A stretch of DNA of 39,135 nucleotides from Ministeria vibrans ATCC 50519 (taxonomy: Eukaryota; Protista; Filasterea), in the NCBI GenBank assembly GCA_943704425.1, contig CALSCP010001254.1:1-39135 (forward strand), in the 5' to 3' direction. Of this stretch, positions 1-12,027 are shown in pieces (within the stretch, counting starts at the first letter, position 1; each line of letters starts with the position of its first letter). The notes below the pieces were generated by a model, which made no database searches, had not been told where the DNA came from, and saw only the letters and a list, made by a program, of their open reading frames with translations. Made by a program: the position numbers and the translations under genes.

Positions 1-99
1 AAAAAAAAAAGGAAAAAAAAAACGATTTTTGACATGACGAGAGGAAAACAAGAGAGAAAGCGACAAAAAAGATGCAGGGGTGGAACAAGTGTGGCATAC

Positions 100-261
100 C
101 GAGGCATCTTGGTCTGGATTTTGGTCGTCCGCCGCCTCGGGGGCGCCCGGGGACGCTGGCGGTGGGTGACTCTGTTCGTCGGACTGCGACGCGACATTGG
201 TCTCCTCAGCCGTGTCCATTGCATCCATGCTTGCTGCTTCAGCAGGTGTGTCGTCAGACAT
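100..261 (-). CDS. First coding exon of a gene running off the left end of the window; acidic, low-complexity N-terminus, product unknown
   Basis: ATG at 261 opens 54 codons (MSDDTPAEAASMDAMDTAEETNVASQSDEQSHPPPASPGAPEAADDQNPDQDAS) ending at a GTATGC donor; divergent from RPN7. Confidence 0.65.
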
Positions 262-406
262 GGCAAGAGCAGGAAAAGAAGAGTGCTGAGTCTGCTGAGA
301 GTGCGGAGTGAGACAAAGGGAATTGTCGTGTAACGATCAAGGAATGTCTAATCACTGACTTACTCAATAATACTCATCTTTGTGAGAAGCTCTTCCACCA
401 CCAACC

Positions 407-877
407 ATGACTGACGCTGCTGATGACTCATTGCCGAGAAACCCCGAGATGAACCTCGTTCAGTGGCTGTTCGCGGCGCAAAACGAATCTCTAACGCCCG
501 AAGCGAGAAAAGAGGCGCTCGACTCCATCATGAAGGAGGTCAACGAAAAGAGTACGTGGCATATGTCGTAGAGCGAGAGAAGTTGTGGGGTTTGGCTGAG
601 GAATAGAGGTCGATTGGGTGGAGGAAATATTTTTTGAAACGGCAATCGGTCTGTTCGATTGTTGAATAGCATCTGCAAGGTCGCAGTGTGGTCTGTGTAT
701 GAATGTTATGTGGGATGGATGCCGATGAGGCGACACTTTCAAGTGAACAGCGTTCGTTTTCTGTCGATTTTGACGCGTAACCCCAAAGAAAAAAACGGAT
801 TCACGAACAATCGCTCATTAATTTGTCGTGTTGGCTGTGCTTGGCGATTGATGCAGTGGATTGGGGCGTAACATGAG

Positions 878-919
<42 letters not shown>

Positions 920-1870
920 TGTGTGTGTGTGTTTAGAAATGGCGCCCTTCTACAAGACGGTGTGCAGTCAGTTGGGGATGGCGGAAGACAGTGCACTGGT
1001 GGCGGAGCTGGAGAGTGCCAATGCCGCAACGCTCGCTGCGCTTGAGACTGCAATCACAGAGGCGACAGAGAAGGCCGGAGATCTTGAAATCCGCGATGCG
1101 CTTGTGGCCAAGGCGGAGCATTTCTGTCGGATAGGCAACAAGGACGACGCCATTCTCTCCTTCAAAAAGGTACAATATTGTGTTCTTCTTCCATTCTCGT
1201 TATTACTCTATCTTTTCACTTGACGTGTTTCTAATGTTATTAGTATTATTGTTATTATTTTTTATATTATATTATTATTATTATTATTGTTAATATTATT
1301 ATGTTTGGTGTGGATTCAGGCGATTCTCAAGTCGATTTCAGTGGGAAAGAAACTGGATCTGGTGTTTACGCTGATTCGAATGGGTCTGTTCCATCGCGAC
1401 AACAAACTGACAGTGACGTGGATTGAGCGAGCAAAGAAGTAACAGAAGAAAATGCACTGTTTGTGTTTGTGTGTGTCAGTTTTTCCTGACCCCTCAACAA
1501 TGTTTGTGTGTGTGTGTGTGTGTAGGTTGATTGACGAAGGAGGGGACTGGGACCGACGAAACCGCCTGAAGATTTACGAGGCAGTGTATCTTATGAGCAT
1601 TCGTGACTTTGCAAAGGCCTCTGCGCTCTTCCTTGACGGGTAAGCGCTCGGAGAGTTTTTTCAAGGAGTCCTTCGTAGCTGATTGATGTTGCTTTTATTG
1701 TTTTATATAGGCTGGCTACTTTTACGTCGCATGAGATTATGTCTTACGCCACCTTTGTGTCATATGTTGTGCTCACCAGTATGATTTCTCTCTCGCGTGT
1801 TGACCTCAAAAAGAAGGTATCAAACACATTTTTGCGGCTTTCAAGTTTCACCTCAAATTTTGTGTCTCCG

Positions 1871-1919
<49 letters not shown>

Positions 1920-2555
1920 CTCTCTCTCTCTCTTTCTCTCTTTCTCTCTCTCTCTCGTTCTCTGTTTAGGTGATTGATGCGCATGAGTTGTCTGAAGCGC
2001 TGTTCAGCAATCCAACGATGCGTGGACTGCTGCACAATCTGTACGAGTGTCGCTATGCGGCCTTCTTCCAGTCGCTCGCAACCATCGAGACCACTCTGCT
2101 CTCGCGCGACGTTCTCCTTCACTCCCACTCGCGCTTCTACGTTCGTGAGATGCGTGTCATTGCCTATGCGCAGATCCTCGAGTCGTACCGTTCCGTCACA
2201 ATGCAAAGCCTTGCCTCCTCCTTTGGGGTCACCGTCGACTTTATTGACCGGTCTCAACTTTTTTGGACCTATTAATTCACAATACTTACTTTTTCTTTTT
2301 TTTTTTCCTGCCAGTGAGCTTTCGCGTCTGATTGCGGCCAATCGTCTCAACTGTCGCATTGACAAGGTCAGTTCCATTGTCGAAACAAATCGACCAGACA
2401 ACAAAAACCTTCAGGTAAGACCCAGACAGAGAGAGAGAGAAAGGAAACACGCCGTTTATGGCTCACTCTTCTTGCCGTAGTACCAACGGGCGATCAAGGA
2501 GGGCGATATGCTTTTGAATCGCATTCAGAAACTCAGTCGTGTCATTACAATCTAA
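407..2555 (+). CDS. RPN7: 26S proteasome lid subunit Rpn7/PSMD6 (7 exons)
   Basis: Spliced product contains [68 protein letters not shown]...[16 protein letters not shown]; all introns GT-AG and in frame. Confidence 0.97.
882..932 (+). repeat. Intronic (TC)n(TG)n microsatellite abutting a 3' splice site
   Basis: Read directly from the sequence. Confidence 0.9.
1874..1963 (+). repeat. Intronic (TC)n microsatellite
   Basis: Read directly from the sequence. Confidence 0.9.
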
Positions 2556-2866
2556 TGGAAAATAAATTGCTCGTCTTTTTTTAATGAGAAATGTTTTTTT
2601 GAAAATTGAACATAAAACAGTTTTGATTGATGCTCCTGCAGCTTAGAAAGTGGTTCTGACTTTTCAGCTGTTAGTGTTGTCGTTTTTCTTGTGATTTATA
2701 ATAACTAATTGGAAATTCCTCTTCTTATTTATCTTAAGTGCTACCAATTTGATTTTTGTGCACCCCTAAAATCTATAATCTAAATCCTACTTTCAATTCT
2801 CCAAATTTTCAATTTTGTTCTGTTTCAGACACTTCATACGACATACGTGCCTTTGTCCTTTGAAGA

Positions 2867-3369
2867 ATGCCCCACATTGAGATTCGAGTGAGTGACTGTG
2901 CACCAAAAATGCTCTTCCAATCATCTCTTTGCTCAATCGATGTAGGGGAATGAAATGCGCGAATCTCTGACTGGTTCGTACGTGGTGTACCTGATACATG
3001 TGAGGGGGAGTAAAAACACCATTGTGCGCCGGCGCTACAACGACTTTGTCGACTTCCACGGAAAGGTCAGTCCACGTCCCTCCTCAAAGACGCCCGTTAC
3101 ACACCCGCTCTCCTTAGCTTACTGCCAAATTCACGCACCCCGAGATGCCCGAGCTGCCTCCTAAGCACTGGTTCTGGAATACGCACCCAGACACCATTCA
3201 GACGCGGCAGGGCGACTTGGAACAGTACTTGCGCGAAGTCGCGCTGGTCGTTCAGGTACTGCACCGCTGTCCGTATGCCGAATTGAATATTGACAGACAC
3301 ACTGGGTCGTTGCAGGGGCACAATGCCGAAGAGCAGTTCTTTAATTATTTTCTCGACGTGGAGTATTGA
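2867..3369 (+). CDS. Small PX-domain-only protein (sorting-nexin-like, about 110 aa, 4 exons)
   Basis: MPHIEIR|GNEMRESLTGSYVVYLIHV...VRRRYNDFVDFHGK|L...PELPPKHWFW...IQTRQGDLEQYL...|FFNYFLDVEY; RRY, LPPK and R...LE.YL are PX motifs. Confidence 0.9.
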
Positions 3370-3455
3370 GTATTTAGTGTGAGTGTGAGTGTGAGAGAGG
3401 ATCGAGCGAGGTGTAAAAACAGATTGTACAACATAACTTTTTGATTCATTTATCA

Positions 3456-4491
3456 TTACAGTCCGTCAGCGGATGTGACAGGGGGGGTGTTCCTAAGGGT
3501 GGCCCGCGGAATGTAGGGTGTACTTACACTGCGCGACTGAGCTAGAGTGCGACGACGCACAGGTGATGCAAGATGGGCCTTCATCGCGGACGGCTCGAGG
3601 GTCTTGTTAGGCGAGTGCAGGCGTCGATGGGAGTTTGACGAGGGAAGATCAAACATTTCCAAGAGAGAGGTACAGGAGTGCGAAAGCGCATACAGTGCAA
3701 GAATGAGCAGAATGGTGTGCTATAAAGAGTAGGTGAGAGGTACAGAGAGACAAAGAGAGGTGAGAGAAGAGACGGTGCAAGAGGCACAGAGAGACAAAGA
3801 GAGGGGAGGGAGAAAGAACCGAAGTGATAGGAAAGAAGGAGCCCATGAGATACAAAGTGAGACAGAGAACGTAATAGTGATTGAGAGTAGAGAGCAAAAT
3901 AGAGAGCGAGAGAGAAGACAGCACTCGTAGCGAGTGCTTCTGATGTGTACCTCAAGGTCAGGTACAATCGTGTGGTCCCCGATGCGAGGCAGAAGGCGGA
4001 TATTGGCGTCGTAGAGGACGGTGTAGAGCCGCAGCGCCGACAACGACGACAAGAAGAAGCCACCGACGCCAAACAGGTAGGGAATCCACCAGGTGGCAAT
4101 CTGAGCCACGCACCAAAAGGTGAGCAAGGCAACGTAGGTGAGGGCGGAAGACCGCCATTCCCATCTGAGCGAGAGGGAGAGAGAGTGAGAGAGAGAGAAA
4201 GTGAGCGAGATGTTTTTGTTGACAAGTTTGCTTTTGCTGCCACACCGAAAAGCAAGGGCGCCAAACAAGTGGGGCCAGGCGTTGAGGAACGAGAAGACAC
4301 TAAACACGTTTCGACCGTAGATGGCGAGTAGTTTGCCTCGATTCCTGAGACAGTGTGAGAGAAAATAAAACACATCAGCGGTTTCAGTGGGAAAACTCAT
4401 TCAAGTACGAAATAGGAGTGTCGAAGTTCCACGAGACAAGCTGGAACACGAACAAGAGTACGAGCGATGCTTGGGCTCCGTGGTGTTTCAT
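3456..4491 (-). CDS. Uncharacterised multi-pass membrane protein (at least 4 exons)
   Basis: Spliced: MKHHGAQASLVLLFVFQLVSWNFDTPIS|NRGKLL...NAWPHLFGALAFR|WEW...QIATWWIPYLFG...LLPRIGDHTIVPDLE|HTILLILALYALS...; GT-AG introns keep the frame; several hydrophobic segments; 3' end uncertain. Confidence 0.75.
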
Positions 4492-4922
4492 TTCTTAAAA
4501 AAGACTGAAGTCAAATAATTAATAAAATAATTAAAATTGATTTGTGATAATGTGATGTTCAATCAACAAAGAGCTCTATTCTAAACGGAACTACCATCAC
4601 ACTATCATCGACGGAAACCGCTTAGAATTATTTTCTAACGCACGGAAGCGTCGAGAGAAGGTGAAGATAAACTGGTTGGCCGACGAATGAGGATAACATT
4701 CCAATAACAACACACAAGAGTGGAGGAGAATCAAAGAGACAGTGAACGAGTCGCTCAGCGCGCACATTAAACACACTACCTCCCCCATTTATAATATATA
4801 GCGGTAATGTGTATTTTAGTCTTCTTGAGTAAAAAATTTCACTTCATTTATTACAATAGCTGTAATATTCCAGAATACTGTTAATCGGTTAGTTCCTTCC
4901 TTCTTCACTTGTCTCGGGTGCC

Positions 4923-6023
4923 TCACTTACGCACAGCTACAAGGACCATGTCCTCAACGGTATCTAAGCAAGCGCATACGACGCATACACATGACATGAC
5001 ATGAGATGAAGGAGAGAAAGACAACGAAAATTATTACCGTTGAGCATCATTGCAAAGTGGGGCGTCGTGTCGTACGCGGACGACTCGGTCATGCGCTTTT
5101 CGTAGTCGGGCACGCCGGGAAAGCGCACATTGTCGGCAATGACAACACTTCCGGGCACAAGCACATTGAACGACTCGAGAAGGGTCACATCGGGAACATA
5201 GAGATCCTAAATAAAGCAGTCATTGTTGAGGCTGTGACAGTCACTGCAGGTCAAAATGATATGGAGTGGCAACTCCCTCAGACAAAGTCAGGCGTTAGGA
5301 GTACCTTCCAGTGGTCAACAAAGACCATGTCAACCTGCGTGATATTATTGTTCTTCAGTGTCTCAGCGAGGCCAAGGGAGACGCCCTGCGGCACAATAGT
5401 GATGCGCTCCGTCATGCCCACGTGGTCAATCAGTTGCTGAACAAATACAAGAAGAGAGTAATTGAGTATGCAATAGGCGCGCGAAGGAACCCACCTGAGC
5501 AATGGCGGCGTTGGCGGGATTCACTTCAAAGGTGTAGATGTGGGCATCGTCCGACAGAAGACGCGCTACACACACACACACACACACACACAATGACTTG
5601 GTCAGGCCAACCCCATCTTTCACATCTCTGTCCGTACCCATTCGAATGGACGAATACCCCAAGTACGTGCCAAACTCCAGCATCACCTTGGGCTTCTTCT
5701 TCTTGATTTCCTCATCAATGACCTAAAAGTCAAAAACGATAGTTAGTGTTGTAAACGGCGCATTTCCCTCAACAAAATGTATTTGCTTCATACCAGTCCC
5801 TTGTTCTCCCCCACGTCCATCATGAAGCCAACGGTCTCATGGAACCTGGTTGAGGTGGCAAGGAAGGAGTCGACGTTGCCCTTTTCGACATGGTCGAGAA
5901 TGTAATCGCGGTACTCCTGCAGCGGAGGCAACAGCAGCCGGAAGAGAGCGAGTCAGTGTCTCACCCCCTTCGATCCATACAGTCACACACCATTGGTGAC
6001 GGTTGGAAGCAAAGACCACACAC

Positions 6024-6079
<56 letters not shown>

Positions 6080-6237
6080 CAAACTGCCACATCAACTTGA
6101 TAGGCAAAGGGATATTGATCGCTTGATACCTCCTCCGCCGTACAGCCCTTCCATGCCAATCGGACTTTCCGGAACATCTGGGGGATGGCCAACGAGAAGA
6201 GGGACTTGGGATGTTTGGTGATCAATGACAGTGCCAT
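4923..6237 (-). CDS. COMT: Catechol O-methyltransferase-like SAM-dependent methyltransferase (6 exons)
   Basis: FMMDVGENKG, MLEFGTYLGYSSIRMAR, VFVDHWKDLY and PGSVVIADNVRFPGVPDY match the animal/fungal COMT motifs including the Mg-binding D and DN. Confidence 0.92.
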
Positions 6238-6312
6238 GTTGAGTATTGAAACAAAATTAGTAAGTGAAATTAGAACTAAATTAATAATAATAATAATTAT
6301 TTTTTTTTTTAT

Positions 6313-9300
6313 TCAGTTCAATTTTTGATCGCACTGTGCCATGCAGAACTGCGGCACATTGGGACCGTAAGGAGTGATCTGTCCCTGGCTAAACTCATCA
6401 AGAACCCACTGGCCAGAATTGGCATTGGGCACGGGGGCAAAGATGAAGGCGGGTCGGGCAACGGAGCGAACCACCGCACTCGTCGACGTTGTGTCCACTC
6501 GCCACTGCTGTAGAGACTGCGACGCACACGGCTGTGTGTGAACAACAATGGAGTGATGCCCTTCAAGCTGCGTGGCATCATCACTGCTCTTGGGGTCGCT
6601 CAGCGTCAGACATGCACCTGTGGACGCATGAACAAGCGTCGCGTTGACACCCACCACAAACTGCTGCTCCGGCGCGTCGACACCACTGCAACGCACAAAG
6701 CTCGTGGTACCCGCTTTGTTCACGGCAACACATTCGTTGCTGTTGTGCATGCGCAGACGCTGGGCGACGGCATCAAAGGCGACGGCGTGGGCAGCAGCGG
6801 GCGCATCGGCGTCCACAAGGCCAAGCGAACCGCCCACAAGCACAATGTGGCTGTCCGGATCGTACGTGCCAATGTTGGCCACATTGCCCGGCTGGGCACC
6901 GACAAAGTGCGAGCCAGTTTGCAGCGACACCCACGGGTAGCCCGAGTTGGGGGTGACGGTGAAGGTCTGCTGAGGATCCGACGAGGCAGCACAATCGGCC
7001 AGTGCAACTCGCCCAATGTTGGTCTGGGCACTGGCACAGAGTTTCTCGTTGGACTTGAGAGCCAATTGCAGTGTGGTCGAAGTGGGCCATTTAAGGGTCC
7101 ACTGCGACGTGGGTGCAGTCGAGCCCCCGCACCGCTGCATGGTCAGGTTCCCGCCCGCATGGGGCTCCACACAGCGCTGCTCCTGTGCCCCTGCGACGCT
7201 GAACCGGTCAAACTGCGCAAAAACAAAGTTTTGCTTGGTGCCCGCCATGAGCCCCGTCGCAATGGCCGGCCAGCCCGTCGTCACAATTGTATGACCTGCG
7301 TCGTGCTTGTTGGCGACCACCTTGCCGTCAATCGAGGCTCTGAGATTAGAGGAGGGAGAGAGAGAGCGGGAGAGTGGAAGGAGAGAGAAAGAACAGTGGT
7401 AGAGAGAGAGGAGGGAGAAAGAACAAAGTGATAAGAGAGAGGCGCACAATAAGAATCAAAGTTCAATTTATTTTTGTGAGCCTCTTACGTGATGGTATTG
7501 ACATCGACTTCAAGACGCAGTGTGTACCAGTGGTCTGTTTCAACGTCGTACGGACCCGATACGATGACATCGGCAAGGTCAAGACGACGAGCAAGAGTCC
7601 AGGTCTGCGTAGCCGAGTCGATAGCAAAGAAGATGCCGGCCGGCTGACAGCAGATGCGCGAGCGGGCGACAACCATGGCGGCACCAGGCGTTGCTGTCTC
7701 AATAAGTACGTCCACCTGAACGGTCTGTCGTGCCCATGCACTGTCGCCCATCACGCTAAACGGGCTGTAGTCTCCGCTCCAGGTCACAGGTCGCTCAGGA
7801 ACAACCTGGCACTCAATCAGTACAGCTGTGTCGCGTACTATTTTGTTTCACTACCTGACGCATAATCTTGCCACGTGAAGAGTCTTGGGCCGGACGGATC
7901 TCCCACACTCCCGCCTGGTCCGCAAAGTAGCTGGCCTCCTGGAAGTCCTCGTACGAGTCAAAGTCGTCCGAGTAGTCTGTGGGGAACGCAAATTCGGGCG
8001 GAGAGTCGGGAAACTCACCCTAGCAAGGATAAGAAAATGAGTTGTACATAAATGTGTGTATGCATGCACATGTGTGTGTGTGTGTGAGTGTGTGGGTGTG
8101 TGACTGGTATACCTTTGTTCCCGGACCCACGTTGGAGAGAGTGTAGAGCTCGTCAGGCCGAATGGTGAGGGAGAAAGAGCCGTCAGTGACATTAATGGAT
8201 GGAAGAAGCTCAAAGAAGTGGTTCTCAGTCTGATGGAGACCATCCCAGCCGAAACGGGTACGACGGACATAGAGCGACTTGACGGCGGCAAGAGGACCCG
8301 TGAGGTGAAACTGCATTGTCTCCGACTCGGTGTCGTACTGCGGCAAGGGTGGACGGATGCACTGGCTGTGGGCCCAAGGCATCTTCTCGATGATCATGGC
8401 CATCTTGTCTTTGCCGTCCGTCAGCGTCGCGTACGAGCCGCCTTTGGAAAGCAGCCCACTGCCGCTGCCCACTGGCAGATAGTGCCAGTCCATTTTGACA
8501 AACTGCGTTGTGTGTGCCGTAGCCCAGATGAGCCCCATGTTCTCGAGGTTGTAGCTGCCGCTCCAGGGTGACGCGGCTGTCATGAGCGCCGTACCGTACC
8601 ACAGCAGACCACGGTAGTACGACGCAATAAGGTTCCAGCTGATAGTACTCGTCATGTTGCCCACCACGTAGTTTTGGTTGAGAATGCGCGCCCAGCACTG
8701 CGCTCCACGCGAGTCGTCGTACGTACTCATGTCCTCGCTTGCCCACAAAGGCTGTACAGCCAAAAAAAANNNNNNNNNNGGGGGGGGGGGTTTAAAAATG
8801 CACGCGTGTGCAATACCAGTCAGTCAGTACCTTTCCAGTCTTCTTGGCATCATCGGACGAGTGGACGCCGGGGTAATGGGCACCCACAGCTCCAATGGCG
8901 GCGTCCAGTTCCGGGTCTTTAAGCATGGCCGTAGCAACGTCCCAGCCACGATCGGCTGCGACAATCTGAGTGCTCGAACAGTTGTGTGTGTCCAACGTCT
9001 TGCGCAGTGTCTTGAGGTAGTTGGCGTCATAGGCACGCTCGTTCCAGCAGCCAACCCAGTCGATGTGGAGGTCGTACACGTCGCGCGCACCTTCGATCCA
9101 TCTACATGCACAACAACATGAGATGAAAAGAGGAATCAGCCATGAAAGGAAAACATGAAAATTAAAGTGTCTTTGGGGTGTGTGTGTATATGTTTGTGCA
9201 CTCACTGCACTCAGAGCCGCTTACTTGAGAATGTAATTGGCGGGCAGAGTGGGGTCGGCATAGGGTGAGCCAGTTCCTTTGCCAACCCAGCCGGGCCAAG

Positions 9301-9359
9301 CCCAGGGAAGGCCGTACAGGACGATGTCGGGGTTGCGCGCTTTCGCTTCCTACAAAGAT

Positions 9360-9423
<64 letters not shown>

Positions 9424-9947
9424 ACAACGTCAAGTTCATCACACCCCGCACCTGCATAAGCCACCATTCATAGCCACGCTTGTAATTGAGATCATCTGCG
9501 CTGTGCATATGGCTCGATTCGCTTCCGTCTGGGTTGAGAGCGATGGATACAAAATAAACACTTTAGAGACCACACTCAACCCGCTTGGATCGCAGAGAAG
9601 CATGAGGGGGTACCGGTAGATTGAGCATCTCCTCCAATCTCGACCTACGAAAGGAAGGCGATGAAAAACGAACGAGAGAAGATTTGGTGTTTCACCTTCA
9701 AAATGTTGAGACTGGCTGCGAAGTGAGGCTTAAAGAGGATGTCGAGGAGCAGGTCGCGCTGCTTCTTGGGGTAGGAGACGAGCAGACGGGAGGTGGCGCC
9801 GCCGCCAGAGAGGCCGCCGATGCCCATGTACTGACGGCCGAGGGTCGCGCCGTCAATGCGGACGGCAGAGGACGAGCGGGCCGCCGATGCGCACGCCACC
9901 GTACACACTGCGGCCACAACGAGCGTTGCAGTCACAAAGTGCACCAT
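6313..9947 (-). CDS. GALC: Secreted GH59 galactocerebrosidase-like glycosidase with a C-terminal ricin-B (CBM13-like) extension
   Basis: Signal peptide; [58 protein letters not shown] (acid/base E), LWASED (nucleophile E), [15 protein letters not shown]; followed by Cys/QxW repeats. Confidence 0.95.
9361..9422. repeat. 62-nt poly(T) run (poly(A) on the GALC sense strand) inside an intron
   Basis: Read directly from the sequence. Confidence 0.85.
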
Positions 9948-10167
9948 TGTATATAATATTATTAAAGTATTAATAATTATTATTCATTGTTGAACTTGAG
10001 TCGTTTGAGTGACTTGAAGTCAATGTATTATTATTGGTGGGCAGTGTCACATTTCATAATCATCACTAATCATATAATTACATTAGAATATTCTTATTAT
10101 GACTGTATAAGTATTCATGATAATTAGTTGTAAAGAAATTGAAGAGTCAAAAAAAAACTTTGACAAA

Positions 10168-10979
10168 TTACATTGAGACCAACAGGTTCGTTGCGGCATT
10201 TACGTCGTTGTGGGTGCGGTGGAGAGCATCTATGACAGCAGCCTCGGCAAAACCCATGTCGACGAGAAGAGCAATGGCCTCGGGCGGAGGAGGCGGAGGG
10301 GGAGATGCGGGAGCGGTGGGTGGACGAGGGACGGGCTGGCCAAAGGCAAAGGCATTAGCGTGTCCATGCTGATGCTGCTGCTGTTGCTGCTGCTGCTGCT
10401 GTTGTTGTTGAAGGGAGACGGCTGAAGGGGTTGGGAAGAGACGTTTAAGGAGGGCAATGAGAAAGCGCGGGGCACGAACGCGCTGCCAGCGCAAGGTGTT
10501 GTGCAGGTACAGAACGCCCGCGAGCGCACCAGTAGTTGCCTGGATGAGTGTCCCTGGCACACCCGTCACGATCATCTGAACGTACAAAAAAAAAAAAAAG
10601 TGGGGCATTATATACAAGACACACCCTCAGAAATAATAACGAATATACGTCAACTCCTTACTTGGAAAGAGAGAACGTAGGTGAGCGTCTTGGAGCTGAC
10701 TAGAGGCACGCCGGCAACGGTGAGAGAGGTGTGTGCACGCGGCACAATGCGGTGATAGACCACAACGGCAGCAATGAGAGCACCCAGTACGCCTGACGGG
10801 AGTCCAATGGCCGGCGAGCGTTCGCGGAAGACGGCGAGCAGAGCAAGGTCCAGCAGAGTGGTAAAGGTGATGGTGGAACCGAAAAATGCCTAAGTAGAGA
10901 GCGAAGAAGACCATATGAGTGGGACGAAGAGAGACAGAGACAGAGACAGAGACAGAGAGAGACAGAGAGAGAGACAGAC

Positions 10980-11016
<37 letters not shown>

Positions 11017-11627
11017 CAGAGAGACAGAGAGACAGAGACAGAAACAGAGAGAGAGACAGAGAGAGAGAGACAGAGAGACAGAGACAGAGAGAGACAGAGA
11101 CAGAGACAGAGATAGAGAGACAGAGAGAGACAGACAGAGATAGAAAGACAGAGAGAGAGAGAGAGACAGAGAGAGACAGAGAGAGAGAGACAGAGAGAAA
11201 CAAAGTGATAGAGAGAAACAAAGTGATAGAGAGAGACAGAACAAAGTGATAGAGACAAAAACGTACGAGGAACTTGGACGAGCCAAAGAGACGCTCGATG
11301 ATGCGCAGGTCGTACAGCACAATCATAGTGAGGACCATTTGCGAAAAGGACTGGAACACAAAGGGACGCGCAAGTACCATGAGGGGCTACAAAGAGAAAC
11401 ACCAGATGAGAAGAGTGAGCATGGGTGCGGCAGGGATGCGGATACGCGGCTGCGTGCGCACCTGCTGGAGAAAGCCGTAGAATGTCATTCCCTGCAACGG
11501 GAGTCGACCCAACTCGGCGGCGATCGACACGTAGCGCAGGGCGACGGTGGTGAGCGCAGAGCCCAGCATAAATGCTTTGGTGACCGGAGTGTTTGCTGCG
11601 ACACAGAGAAGCGGGGTGGTGGTGAGC

Positions 11628-11675
<48 letters not shown>

Positions 11676-11747
11676 AGTCGAGAGTCGAGTCGGGAGTCGA
11701 GTCGAGTCGAAGTTGCGTTGTCGCGTACCAAATCCAAAGGCAACCAT
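10168..11747 (-). CDS. UBAC2: UBAC2/Dsc2-like rhomboid pseudoprotease with C-terminal UBA domain
   Basis: [29 protein letters not shown], and C-terminal [35 protein letters not shown]; GT-AG introns. Confidence 0.88.
10929..11256. repeat. Degenerate (GA/GACA)n microsatellite with three ACAAAGTGATAGAGA units in a UBAC2 intron
   Basis: Read directly from the sequence. Confidence 0.9.
11633..11710. repeat. (GA)n grading into a (GAGTC)n pentanucleotide repeat, UBAC2 intron 1
   Basis: agagagagtcgagtcgagagtcgagtcgggagtcgagtcgagtcga. Confidence 0.85.
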
Positions 11748-12027
11748 CCTAATCCCTGACTTGGCAAGAGCTGTAAGAGGTCACAAAGTGGTAGATACTT
11801 GACTTGATGAATGTACGAAGCAGAATATAAAAAATACTTAAAATTAAAATTATAGTATAAAAAATTATAATTATGAATACCATTGTTGATCCACCAAAAA
11901 TGATGCAAATTGAGTATTTCCCTTGAAAACTGGGAGTAGGAGTACATGTGATATAACTTGCTACTTGAGTGATGATTGAAAATGCGTTTTTTTTTCACTC
12001 ACTGGTACAAAAAGAAAGAGAATCAAC

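Noticed and set aside
6538-7431. 297-aa + strand ORF and other long antisense ORFs (16809, 22879, 12364)
   Set aside because: Shadows of GC-rich coding exons on the opposite strand, with no recognisable motifs
11197-11255. CRISPR-like repeat-spacer array, also considered for 25479-25616
   Set aside because: Eukaryotic introns, no unique spacers of regular length, no cas genes
10627-11380. Long SLSL/CLCL/RERE ORFs, and similar ones at 1853, 3581, 13568 and 15142
   Set aside because: Translations of intronic microsatellites or of antisense strands
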